In this document: in pieces, positions 36,743 to 48,248 of the stretch
Position numbering within the stretch: the stretch's first letter is position 1
Layout: each line of letters starts with the position of its first letter
NCBI RefSeq assembly: GCF_021028975.2
Contig: NC_059435.1
Location: 34,906,001-34,970,000 of the forward strand
Reading direction: 5' to 3'
Length of the DNA stretch: 64,000 nucleotides
From: Sphaerodactylus townsendi
Taxonomy: Eukaryota
Translations under genes and position numbers: made by a program
Notes under the pieces: model-generated
Database searches by the model: none
Seen by the model: the letters and a program-made list of their open reading frames with translations, nothing else
Told to the model about the DNA's origin: nothing

Positions 36743-37230
36743 TGAAAGAGAAGGCCTTCAAAATGAATGTATAGCTGTAATTCTGACTGCCAGAAGACTT
36801 GTGCTATTGTTGCAAAGGCCAAAACACGTTTGCTTTTCTGGGAGTTCAGTTCCATGAGATTATACTAATTGTTCATCTCATATTGATCTGTCCATTTAAC
36901 AAAGCCTTTTAAAAATATGTTCATCATGAGTTTTTGAAAGACTCGCCCACATACAGGTTGATAAGAGGGTTTTTCCCCCTACTTCTTGGTTTCATTTTAT
37001 TTGTACGTGACTCATTCTTGGCAGAAGGAGAGCTCCTCAATTTATATTTTAATTCAATATCTACATTAAATGAAGTGAATTGCAGAACCAGTTTAAGATT
37101 CCTGTTGTTCTTTGAGAGTAGTCACTGTTTTTTAACACGTAACAAGAATATCCAAAGCTCTCCTTTACTCAGCTTTCATCTTTATAACGACTATACTGGA
37201 TCTTCTGTTTTGTTCCTGCAGTTTATTTTC
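36743..37230 (-). pseudogene. Exon remnant KINCR...NPLINLYVGESF/KLMMNIFLKG...LQLYIHFEGLLF
   Basis: Acceptor tttcaatatgtcag|, donor tca|gtaaga; shadow ORF 36934-37242; resembles GREB1L VINCR and SPLLRCDETFEKMVNTLL. Confidence 0.65.
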
Positions 37231-38864
37231 CTGACATATTGAAAAATATTTGTATCTTAGCAGACAGTGTGTTAGTCTTAGGTTTGGAGTTCAAATCCAT
37301 ATGGCAAACCCATCTTAGCAGATGAGAAGTACTACAGAGCTTGAAAACTTGCTTGTAGTATTTGGTTTGGTCTGAATAAAAGCTATCCCACCACTATTGC
37401 ATTTGAGACTATGGTCTTTATGTAATTAATGCATAATGTAATTGATGCGAGATGAAATAAGATGGAAAAATTGTACATCACTGGATATATTTACTTCAAA
37501 TAACAATTTGTCTATCCAAAAATATTTTGCATGCCAAGTACTAATCAACAGAGTTTTAAGACTATGTTGATAGGTGTTGTCTGAATGCTTTCATTTTTTC
37601 CCCCTAGCTATTCTTTCTTACATAATAAACATCCCAATCCGGGAGTGGGGGGACAGACTGAATCCTTTTGAGGAGGTGGCATGGGACTACCCTGTCACGT
37701 TTGCCCCCTCTGCCAGTGCAAGGTAGAGTTCTGGTGGAGGTGGAGCAAAGGTGGAGTGCTGGTGGAAGTGGAGCAAAGGTGGAGGTGGAGCAAGGTGGAG
37801 GTGGAGCAAAGATGTTGGCAGCTGGTTGCCCCACAGCTCTGAGGCAGCAAAAGCTGGAAGTCTGGGCCACCATGGAACTGCACTGGCATCCCAATTAAAC
37901 ACTGGCATGAGAGTGTGCCAGGGCATTCTCGAGGGCGGAGCTGACATTAACAGGCTTTCCTCCTAGGTTTGCAGCTGGTTATGCCATGGCCCGGGGCCTG
38001 GACTTAATGCCACCCTTCTGTTTTGAGGCCAAAAACACCCTAGTATGTTTATAAAAAGAAAACATATTGGGTTGGATCCAGTCAGTTTTTTTCCCATTCA
38101 GTTTTATTTCCCTCCTAATACAAAACCTTGTCCCACACGACTTTTTTACAAGGGACCTAGCATAGGTTTTTGGTGATCAAAGGGGGAGCCATCCTTCCTT
38201 TTTTTACTAGTGAAAAAGCTGGTTTGATCCAATCTATTATTTTCTGTTCTGGAGATAAAGAAATTAGATGCAAATTAATTCTCTGTTGAAGAACTAGGCC
38301 CAGTTTTATAGGTTAAGAAGAGTGTCCTGTTATATAGTGTCCTGTTATATAGTGTTGATAGTTCAGCTTCTTGTTATCTGTCAAAGAAATTTAAGCTGTA
38401 ACAAACTGGGCATCTGAAAGGACTTGTGGGGGACACCTCATTTCCTCTTTGCCCACTATTTCTTCTTTTCCTTCCCTGGCAATCTCCACCCACTCTGCTT
38501 TTCCTGTTTCTTTCTCTTCTTCCCGCCCACTAGCCAATCTACCTTTATCTGCCCCCCGCCCCTCACAACGTCAGCTTTTTCTCCTTTCCTCCCCTGGAAA
38601 TGTCTAGGTGAGTTCCATGGTGGGCAGCAGCAGGCTGAGTTGTGTGAGTGGTGAGTCTTCAGTGGTTACCGGCCACTAAGCTTGTTCCTAGCAAGTAATC
38701 TTCCATAAGGAGAAATTACAGGTGAGGGGACAGAACCTTTTCCTGGCTTATTTTGACTTCCAAGTTCACCCCTCTCCTCAGTTTTGCCTTATGAATACCA
38801 AGACTTGGACAGCTAGGCAATATTATTGTGGTGGCCAGCAACCCCCATGACTCTCAGAACCTAG

Positions 38865-39642
38865 TTTCAGTGGCCGTTCTTTTCTGAAAACTATACTCAT
38901 TGTTTTCATTCAGGAGAATTTTCGATTCCAGATTTTTCTGCAAACCTAGGTCTTCCTTCAGCTTTATAAAACAATCCCCCATATTTGTTCCTAGTCCCAT
39001 TGTATTGATGTATTGGTCCACATTCTCTGATCCAGTTCAGAATTAGATATATGATGATAGCTTGGGAACCCTTCACATATTACCTTTCTAATACTTCTTA
39101 TGCTCTCACTGGGGAAGTGTAGCGTTTATATGTATTAATGTTACCAGTGTTTCATGTCCAGGCAGGGTATGCTCGCTCAGGTGGGATATATGCTGTTTTT
39201 GCTGCATTAAATATTCCTATTTTGTCACAAACTGCTGGTTATTTTACTTTATGTGCACAACCTGTTCAGTGTTGGGAAACCGTAATTAATTTCCCAGTTG
39301 TGGTTTCACATGTTACCAGTTCCACACTTTTTGAAGCTTATAGAATAATTTCTTTGTCATTAAAAAATAAAGTGTGAAGCTGGTCCTTAGTATGAAGGCA
39401 CTAGACATACATTTCTGAGGTGTTCCTGCTGCTGCTGACAGAAGTTACCTGACTGCTGCTGACAGATGATTTAGTGATCAGACACTACAACAGTCACTCA
39501 GTGAACTTCATGGCCAAATGAGACTTGAGCCCATCTATCACTGAACCTTGCAGACATTTACACATTCCAGCCCCAGTTCATGTTAAAGGTTATATCTTCA
39601 TGATGAAAAAGAATGCACAAACTTATGAGTCACTCCCATAGC
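38865..39642 (-). pseudogene. Exon remnant GYG.../KEIIL*ASKSVELVTCETTTGKLITVSQH...IFNAAKTAYIPPERA...KGSQ
   Basis: Ungapped 29-aa match to GREB1L [29 protein letters not shown], then PFDGDLNECVSPQEA and GSQ in order; boundaries approximate. Confidence 0.7.
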
Positions 39643-39801
39643 CTGTGAACTAACTAGGCTTTACAGCTCAATCCAAAATTGTCGGGCAGGGACAGTGCTG
39701 GTTGAGTGCCTCCCCCCTCCCCTTCAAAGGGCTTCTCTGCAGAGCGGGAAGTCCAAAAAGGTTTTAAAAAATCCTACCTGAAATTCCCCCATCGCGGAAA
39801 A

Positions 39802-40096
39802 TAGAAGAAGAATTTGGATTTATATCCCTCCTTTCTATTCTGTAAGGAGACTCGAGGTGGTTTACAAGCTCCTTTCCCTTCCTCTCCCCACAATAGACAC
39901 CTTGTGAGGTAGGCGGGGCTGAGAGAGTTCCAAAGAACTATGATTAGCCCAAGGTCACCCAGCAGGAATGTAGGCGTGTAGAAACACATCGGTTCACCAG
40001 ATAAGCCTCTGCCATTCATGCGGAGAAGAGGGGTATCAAACCCGGTTTTCCAGATTAGAATCCACCAGCTCTGCTCTTAACCACCACACCGGCTCT
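39802..40096 (-). mobile_element. Squam3-type SINE nested in a CAGCTCAATCC MITE (39664-40385)
   Basis: Full antisense SINE; MITE ends cagctcaatcc / ggattgcattg flank it. Confidence 0.9.
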
Positions 40097-40423
40097 CAGA
40101 GTAGAGATACACCACAGAAATCATGCCAGATATCCGCCAGCTGCCCCATCAGCGTACGGGGGCTGAGAGGGCTCGAGAGGCCAACTAAGGTCAGCCCCAT
40201 CCCCAGGATGCCGGTGTGGCTCTGGGCAGCACAGGTGTGCCAGCAGGGAGCTGGGTGCCACAGCTGGGCCAGGCACTGGCAGATTTGCCCTCCAGTGGCA
40301 AAAGTGCCCCGGAGAGGGCAGATCCACTGTCTTAATCCTGCACCACTCACAGAGTGGGATTCCTCTCCTCCTTGGATTGCATTGTCTGACTTTCTGTAGT
40401 TTGAGTGCTAGAATAAACCAGAC

Positions 40424-40529
40424 CTCAGCACAGAAGTCAAATGATGTAACCTCTGGCTTCTGAAAGTTTATGCTGTAATGTTTTATCCTCTGTTTTCTTT
40501 TGCTTCTACGAATTGACACAGCTAAACAA
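40424..40529 (-). pseudogene. Exon remnant CLAVSIRRSKRKQRIKHYSINFQ
   Basis: Acceptor tgtttttaattccag|; resembles GREB1L N-terminal LKLTTQPKKQKHLKYYLV. Confidence 0.5.
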
Positions 40530-41049
40530 CTGGAATTAAAAACACAGAAAGTACTAATATTTGAGAAACAGTAATTTGTCTATGGAACTCAGCAATTCAG
40601 CTACAAGTCATGGACCTTTGTGTTGTGACATTCTGAGAACCAGGCAATATTGCTGTAATAGCCTTCTTTTAAGAGATGGCATATTTCTTTGTACCAAAGC
40701 AAAAACTGGTCAGGTACCTTTTCATTTATGCTAGACGTCACTTTTCTCTGCTCAAGTAGGTGGCAATAAAACAAACTGTAAAGCTATCTATAACCTCTGA
40801 AGAAATACGTAGGAAATATACCTGAGACGTTCTTGAACATTTGTTTAAAATGATTTATTTCAATAGCAAAATGCAAGTTTCAAAAACAAATCTGTTAAAT
40901 CAAGGCAAAACAAATAATCTCCGAAATTTAACACAAGTTATTACTATTTCAGATTTTTTAATTGCATCTGCATTTTTTCATATTTTTACGTTTACGTTGT
41001 TCAAGTCCGTGTCTTTTTTTAAAAAAACCTGATTTGTGACAAAGCTTAC

Positions 41050-41112
41050 CTTCTTAGGAATATGTGTGTGGGTAAAAAAGGTAGTCATTTAAACCTGTGC
41101 TAATCTTTGTAC
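41050..41112 (-). pseudogene. 63-nt exon remnant near the 5' end of the decayed gene
   Basis: Acceptor tctttttttaaag| and strong donor aag|gtaagc. Confidence 0.5.
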
Positions 41113-41499
41113 CTTTAAAAAAAGATTATGATAGTATGCAGCAGATTTTTATCTGGTTGGTATGATATAGGGTTAAGCCCAGTTAAAGTATTCTAGAGAA
41201 TACCTAACTCAAAAACTTATCTCACAGGGAATAAAGAAGAAATCTGGAATCAAAGAGTCTTTGATAATGTTCTGCCCTTTGGGGCCATAACCCGGAAGTT
41301 GGCAGATACCTCCTATTTCGGGGGGGGGGGGGAACACCTTTCCCTTGGAAATTGGACAGCAGCCCAGGTTTCCTGGGAGAGTTGTGGAAGTGCTGATCCA
41401 GCAGGACCGCAAAGTGAAGTTTTGCCTGGGGAGAATCTGGCATGTGGCTGCCTGGGTATCATGCCACAAGGGGAGAATGCCTTGCAGCAGCGAGGTGGG

Positions 41500-42960
41500 C
41501 TAGATCGTTTCCTTTACCTGCGTTGGGCTAACCATCTCTGCTGGCTGTGAGAGGCAGCTGCAAACTAGGAACTCCCCCCCCCCCCCAACAAACAAACAAA
41601 CAAACGAACGGGAGAAGGGAGCCATTCCCAGGCAGGCTGCAGATTTGAATGTCACTCCGGGTTCTTCTGCGCTTTGCTAAGCTTTGCTGCCAGGGAAGAA
41701 GGCATGGGATTGAGCGCCGAGTGACAGGCGCACGTCGCCCAGCGCAGTAGCCCAGGTACTGGGCTACCAGTCCTGCTCAGGTGAGGACTCAGGTGAGCAC
41801 AGGGGGTCTTGGGGGAGGTTGCCCCTCGGGCCGAGGCGGACTCTTCTCGTGCTGTGCGCGCTTGGCTCGCCCGCGTTTCCCAGGCACGCGTGGGGCGGGT
41901 GTTGCTGCTGCTGCTCCTGCCGCCGCGCCGCCCGCTCCCGGTGGGGCGCGAGGGGAAATCAGGTCACCCGCGCCCAGACAGACAAACCGGCTCGGGAAGT
42001 GGCTCCGACTCAGCTGTTGGCCGGCAGGCGGAAAAAAGGGAAAGGAAGGGCTTCCCCGCGCCTCCTCTTGCCTCTTGTGCAAGTGGCGCAAACCCGAGGA
42101 GGCAGCCCTTGATCCCGGCCACGGCGGCACTGCTGGCGGTGAGTGGCTGCGTCGCGACCCGGGCCCGGGGGGGGGGGGGAGGATAGTGGTCGGTCGGGGT
42201 CTCTGCTGTGTGCATGTGCCGACTCGCGTAGGAGCTCACAGCTGGCCCCCGGCGGGGCAGCTGTGACAGATGCTTGGAGGCGGGATATTTTTAGAACCCG
42301 GTTGGCTGCGATCGTCTGAAATGCATCACAACCTCAGGGAGGGCTTGTAAAGGAGGAGTGAGGAGGGCAGAGTTGTTTTCGATCTGGTTTTCCACGCGAG
42401 GTGTGAATATTGCGGGGGGGGGGGCATCAAGGATAGCTGTTGCGAACTCTGCTTCTGCTCGATGATTTAGAAAGGAGTGGGGGAAAGCCGTCAGTTTCGT
42501 TCGTGTACGTTTAGTTTTGAAGCCAAGCGGGCAAGGGGTTTTTCCATGCTAGCGTTTGTTAAAGGAGAATATTTCATCGTGAGGGTCTGGATTTTTAAAC
42601 AGATTTAAAGATACATGGGTGTGTGTGTGTGTGTGTTAAACCCAAGGCTTGATCGCTCCTCACAGTGTGCTCAGTTGTTGACAAAAATCTGTGTGTTTTC
42701 CGAAATGTCTCTGGCATAGTTTGCGGGCGCGATGCACGGAGCCAGTGGAAGTTTCCATGATGAGTAAGTTATGTGACAAGGGATTCTGGAAGAAGAGATT
42801 CGCAGTAACTAGCGGGAGAGGGATTAGCGGGCTGCAGAGTGGCGATGCTTGGAGGGGGCGAAGGCCGTTTTGGAGCCGCAGGTTTCTTTCATGGGACTTC
42901 GTTGCCATGCCCAGCATGTTTGAGTGGGTGTGCTGAACGCACTCATGTGTGCGCGCGCAT
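41500..42960. promoter_or_regulatory. CpG-island promoter, probably bidirectional
   Basis: High CpG/GC; plus-strand donors at 41781 (gtgagg), 41793 (gtgagc), 42139 (gtgagt); minus-strand donor cag|gtaaag at 41517. Confidence 0.8.
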
Positions 42961-43081
42961 GTTTGTGTATTTTACACAGTTACACCCTCCTAAACCTATT
43001 CATCTGTGTTTAAGATTGCAGTGTTATGCTTCTGGTGCGTTGCTGCAGCCCTAAACTGTTCTCTTGGAAAACTGACGCCTT

Positions 43082-43527
43082 AGATGTGTAGTGTGATGTA
43101 ATGGTTGAAGTGTCATAATAAGATCTGGGAGACCCTGGTTCAAACTCTTACTTGGCCATGGAAGCTTTCTGGGTAACCTTGAGCTAATCACATATTTCCA
43201 GCAGAACCTCCCTTGCAAGGTTGTTGTGAAGTTAAAATGAACAGTGGCATAGCTATAATGGGGACAAACGCCCCGGGTGCCCCCTGGTGAGTCACGTGGG
43301 GGGCGGAAAATCGCCCCCACATATCTGGTAAGTGGTTGCAGGGACGGTGTAGCTACCACATGGCTTGGGAGGGCATAGGGGTGGTGGTGAAGGGGGGGCG
43401 TAGCTACCAGGGGGGCACCATTTTGCCCCGCAACTCCTCTGAAAATGGAAAATGAAGGAGAGGAGAATGAGGTAAGCAACTTTGAGTCCCCACTAGGGAG
43501 AAAGGTGGGACATAAATGAATAAATAA
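43082..43527 (+). mobile_element. CORE/MIR-like SINE split by a hAT MITE
   Basis: gtgtaatggtt-like head, ccctggttcaaac B box, 3' end gaaaggtgggacataaat. Confidence 0.8.
43242..43441. mobile_element. 200-bp hAT MITE
   Basis: CAGTGG...CCTCTG ends; 8-bp TSD aaaatgaa / aaaatgga. Confidence 0.8.
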
Positions 43528-45319
43528 CAACCCCAATTAATAAGTATAAATGCTGTCATCAGAAGAGGTAATGACGTTTTTACGCAGACTGGTTAGAATG
43601 GTAAAATTCATTAGAGGGTGGGGGAAACCCGAAATCTGTTATTTATTTCTAATGAGGAATTATTTGTTAATTGCTAATAAAAATGACAACATTACATGAC
43701 ACTGCAAGCAATTAACAGCAGGGAGATTTTTAGTTCTTGTACAAGTCAAAGCATGTGATTAAATCAATCAAAATGGCTTTCTGCTGATAAGCTATTCACA
43801 GCTATTGCTACTTTCTAAGAAAAATAGACATTCCTCTTGGAAGGTTTGGTCTCCACCATAAGACACTGTCTCCACTCCTTCTCAGATATTTGTTGCAAGT
43901 CTTGGTCACTTGGATTGCAAAAGCAGCCTTTCTTTATTAGTATTTTACTGTAAGAAAATCCTGGATTCTTCACAGAAATACAGTTCTCTAGGGAGAAGGA
44001 CTATTGTCAGACCACTTTAAATTTGCCTTTTGAGCAGCTCCAACATCCCTGGACAAAATCCCTCGAATGTGAACCAATTCTCTCTCTTTCTCTTTACGTG
44101 TTTGGGCCTGTGCAAAAGGCCAAATTCTGTAAAGCAACTGTCTACAGTCAAACAATAGTTGCATTTGTTCTGGGGTCTGTGTCATCTGTACTAGCAATGT
44201 GGCAGAGCTGCCTCTGTCTTGTCGTGGCTCCTTTTGCTAATACCCCCAACTCTTGCCCATCAGATTAGGATAACTTGAATGACACTATGTGATGCACTTT
44301 TCCGCCTGGGTAGAAGTTGCATCCATAAGCAGGAGCATCATTGAAAGCCATCACAGGCAAAATGGCAAAATTATGGAGTACTGTGAGCTGTGGGTGACGG
44401 TGAGTTAAGCAAGCATGCCAAAGTAACCTCAGGGCCTTTATTTATCTTTTTAAAAATTCCTCTTACAGAGCAGTATTTTCCTCCTTCTTAGCACTTTTCA
44501 ACCCACCAAGGTAAATCTGAACATTCTCTTTTTAGTTCTGCCTTTCCTAAAGGATCCATGCATTAAAATTTAACGAACAGAACTGTTAGGTGGTGGGTTT
44601 TGGTATTCATATTCCGTGGAGAAGACCATAACATTATCAGTAGCTACTGTAATGGTCTGACAGATTCAGATGTGGCCCTATAGCTGGATATTTTGGTTTC
44701 AGAACTGATACACAAGAAGGGAGGTGTGTGTGTGTGTGTGGGGGGGGGTGATAGTATACTGTGCTAACTGTGTTAAACACACCTTAAGAAGTCCACTCAT
44801 TGCTCAAATGAGTCTGACAGACAGAGTTGGACACTGTGTCCTATACTGAGTCACAAAGAAAGTATTTAATGGACCGTAGCAAAAACAGGATTCCTATGGG
44901 TAGGTCTCATCCTGTGGTCAGAAGATTTTGAGATTGGGCTGTCAACTTCCTGGCAATGAGCCTTCTCAAATATAGTCTGGGAAAGATGATGGGGAAAATG
45001 TAGCTGAATCTCCATAGTTTGTGAGGCTTTTGGAGCCTACTTGCTTATAGTCACTGGGAGTCAGTTTCACTCATGGTTTTTGTGGTGTAGTGGCCTTTTC
45101 CACTGACATCTGGCTGGAGATCATCAGCTCCCACTTTGTTTTGCCCTTTTAGACGGCAGTCTATTTATTCCTTGGCTGTTTCTGTCAAATGTTTTATCAG
45201 TGACCAGTTGCAAAGAGATTGATTCAGGCCATTTTGTTTTCATAATTATTTTGTATACATTTCAGCTCTGTCTACATGTTGAATACTGTATAAAAGTCTG
45301 TTTTCCCCTTCTTAAAAAG

Positions 45320-45790
45320 TATATCTGGAAAGGTGCAGAAAAGGGCTATGAAAAATGATCAAGGAGCTGTAAGAACTTCCCTGTGAATAAAAATAAAAGT
45401 ATGTGTAATTCATCAGGGTTTTTAAAAAAACCCTACAAAGAGAGAATGTTACAGACATTTATAAAACTATAGCTAGTCCGGACATAGAGAACTTTTCCCT
45501 CCCCCAAGATATTGAAACTTTTGGGGATCCAGTGAATTTAATGGCAGTAGCTTCAGAACAGGCGAAAGGAAGTACTTCACACAATACCTAATTCACTTGT
45601 GGAATTCATTTTTTGGAGATGTGGTGATGAGCACTAGTGTAGGCAGTTTAAAAGAGGATTAGAAAATATAATGGTAGATAAATCCATCAATGGCTATTAG
45701 CTAAATATTAGCGATTAGCTAATAATAGCTAAAAGACAGCTCCACATTTAGAGACTGTACCTCTGAAAATGTACATGATTGGGAAAAGCA
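45320..45790 (+). mobile_element. Old CR1 3' fragment
   Basis: ctggaaaggtgcagaaaagggcta...aaaggaagtacttcacacaa...gatgtggtgatg. Confidence 0.75.
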
Positions 45791-46396
45791 AGTAAACATA
45801 GTCTGCCTAATAAATGTTGTGATGTGACATCATTGTATGGGTCAGTAATGACTCAGTGATTGCACCTTTACCTACCTCTGAACACCAGTTGCAGTAACAG
45901 CGGAAGGCTTTGTTCTCTGTGTCCCGGATTGTGAGCTTTTTGATCATCTGACTGTCCATTGTAGAGAAACAGGGTGTGGAACTACATGGATCATTGGTCA
46001 TTTATCCATCTGGCCTGTTCTGAGAATACATTCAGAGACAGGAGAGGACACATTGGTTAGTAGCTAAAAAGGGATACCTGGGAGTGGTAATAGGTAAAAA
46101 AATGCAATATATTTTAAAGTGCCAGCCAAGACTGTTGAATTTCTCATAATGTGCAGTGTGATGTACGTAAACATTTCACCACAGCTGCATCTAAGATAAA
46201 CTTACCAGACTAAATTCCTAAGCCTTGAGGATGGGATTTGGTGGCAGTATCAGACATTGGTTCAGGAATGGGATAGGTGGGTTTAAATCCCTGCTCAACC
46301 ATTAAGGTTAATGCATGATTTTACTCTAGTCTGATTTCTGTGTTCAGGAGTCATTGCATGGATGAATGAATATAAGAAGTGTAAAGGAATTTGTAG

Positions 46397-46683
46397 AGCC
46401 CTAGGGTGCAGAATGGTAAACTACAGTATTCCAGTTCAAAGCTCTTCTCAAAACCTGAAGTTGGTTTCAGATACCTGGCTCAAGGTTGACTCAGTCTTCC
46501 ATCTTTCTGAGGTCGGTAAAATGAGTTCTCAGTTTGCTGGGGGTAAGTGTATATGACTGGGGAAGGCAATAGCATACTATCCTGTAAACATTGTTTACCT
46601 AGTAAACGTTGAGATGTGTAATCACCCCATTGTGTCATTATTACTGACCCAGCACTTGCACAGAGGACTGTCTTTACCATTAA
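46397..46683 (+). mobile_element. Sauria-type SINE
   Basis: aaggttgactcagtcttccatctttctgaggtcggtaaaatgag core; ctttacc tail. Confidence 0.8.
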
Positions 46684-46758
46684 AGGAATTTGTATATTGA
46701 AAAGTGCTACATAAACTAATAATTCCCCCAAACCTTTGGTATTCTGGATTGTCTAGTG

Positions 46759-46906
46759 CAGGGGTAGGGAACCTGCGGCTCTCCAGATGTTCAGGAACTA
46801 CAATTCCCATCAGCCTCTGTCAGCATGGCCAATTGGCCATGCTGGTAGGGGCTGATGGGAATTGTAGTTCCTGAACATCTGGAGAGCCGCAGGTTCCCTA
46901 CCCCTG
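46759..46906. mobile_element. 148-bp near-perfect palindromic hAT MITE
   Basis: CAGGGGTAGGGAACC TIRs; perfect 8-bp TSD gtctagtg (46751-58, 46907-14). Confidence 0.95.
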
Positions 46907-47509
46907 GTCTAGTGTAACTGCTGGCATGCCACACTCAAGACCCCCCCCCTAGTTGGAGTAATACATGTGGAATTTATTAGTTTGATTCCATTAATCCTCT
47001 CAGCATTTGTAGGAAAGAGATGGGTCCATATAGTTTCCATGATAATGAAGTGGGAAGTCCAGAGTGAATATTTGCCTCAAGGCCAATTCATTCTTCCCAT
47101 TTACTAGTTTGTTTCTATGCTGTGGCACCAGATCACATTGCATCCTTCAATACCATGATCATTAAACATACTGAATACATTTAGGCAAGGTTCTTCCCTA
47201 CCCCATAATTTGAATTCACTAAAATCTAAAGAGTCTTGCAAAATATCATACTGAGCTGCAAAATCTTTTGCCTAGATGGGTTTCTCTGGGTTGAAGTGGC
47301 TTATTTATTACATAGGGCAGTGCTTTAACAGATTTTCCACATCATTGTGTTTATAGAGGATTCTGGGCATGGGTTGGTGTAGGGGTGTTCAACTCTGGTC
47401 CTCCCCATGTTCATGGATTATGATTCCCATCAGCTTCTGCCAGCATAATGCTGCCAGCATAATCACAGGACACTGGCCGCGCCATCCTAAGAGAACTGAA
47501 AAATAGGTT

Positions 47510-47885
47510 CTAGAACTTGTTCAGTTTTCCCTTCATGTTGCAAAGGAAGATTGCAGTGCCAGGCAAGATGCATATCTGGAAGATTGCAGTGCCAGGCAAG
47601 ATGCATATCCATTATTTCAGATCTTAGTGATATGTCCATAATAAGCTTCCAAGCATCTATGTTCTCCAGAACAAAGTCTTTAAAACACTGATTGTCAGTC
47701 CACAACTTTGTCTGGATCATGTTGTGCTTTACCTGTTCACAGTACGAAATTAGTACTTGGAATGCTCTTACGTGGACCTTTTGGACCTAATCCTTCCCAG
47801 TCAAGGAGCCCTCCTTATGAGTTCTGTATGTGTTTCCACTTCTTTCCGTGCAAGTAGAATATCATAACACTCTTCATTTCATTCA
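47510..47885 (-). mobile_element. Old RTE-like LINE fragment with a 32-bp tandem duplication
   Basis: MIQTKLWT..ENIDAWKL; ggaagattgcagtgccaggcaagatgcatatc present twice (47546-47609). Confidence 0.5.
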
Positions 47886-48248
47886 GCCAGCTGTCTTATC
47901 AGCCAGTGGTGTAGCATAAAATTAATATATGTGCAGTAGCAGAAACTCTACTTTAAAAAAGAAGCAAAAAAAGTTCTGTGGGGCTGATGACTCACCTGAG
48001 GATCTTGACAGATTGAAGTGCTGAATTGACTGGAGAGACCCAAGTTCAATCCGTTGTACTCATGAAGCTCTTAGGTTGACCTTGGGCTGGCTAGTCTCTG
48101 TCTCTTAGTCTAACCTACTTCAGACTTGTTGTGAAGATAAAATAGGGGGAGTATGTACACCACCATGAGCTTTCTGGAGGAATGGTGGAATAAAAAAGTA
48201 ACAGATAACAGTTAAATTATGTTTAACAATTTACATTTGCAACCCATG

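Larger units (their letters stand above)
1..41700 (-). pseudogene. Decayed multi-exon GREB1-family paralog (unitary pseudogene candidate), continues beyond left window edge
   Basis: More than 20 minus-strand segments, most bounded by AG/GT, whose frames continue through premature stops and resemble GREB1L motifs (see exon entries). Several are overlapped by plus-strand shadow ORFs in the track (8330, 8659, 18389, 32287, 36934). Confidence 0.75.

Noticed and set aside
1-41700. Calling the gene GREB1 or GREB1L
   Set aside because: Similarity is only motif-level, far below what is expected for these conserved orthologs, so no symbol was assigned.
41781-42266. Overlapping GC-rich ORFs at the CpG islands (also 21962-22562)
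   Set aside because: Low-complexity Gly/Ala/Pro/Arg ORFs on both strands, typical of stop-poor GC-rich DNA; no recognisable protein.
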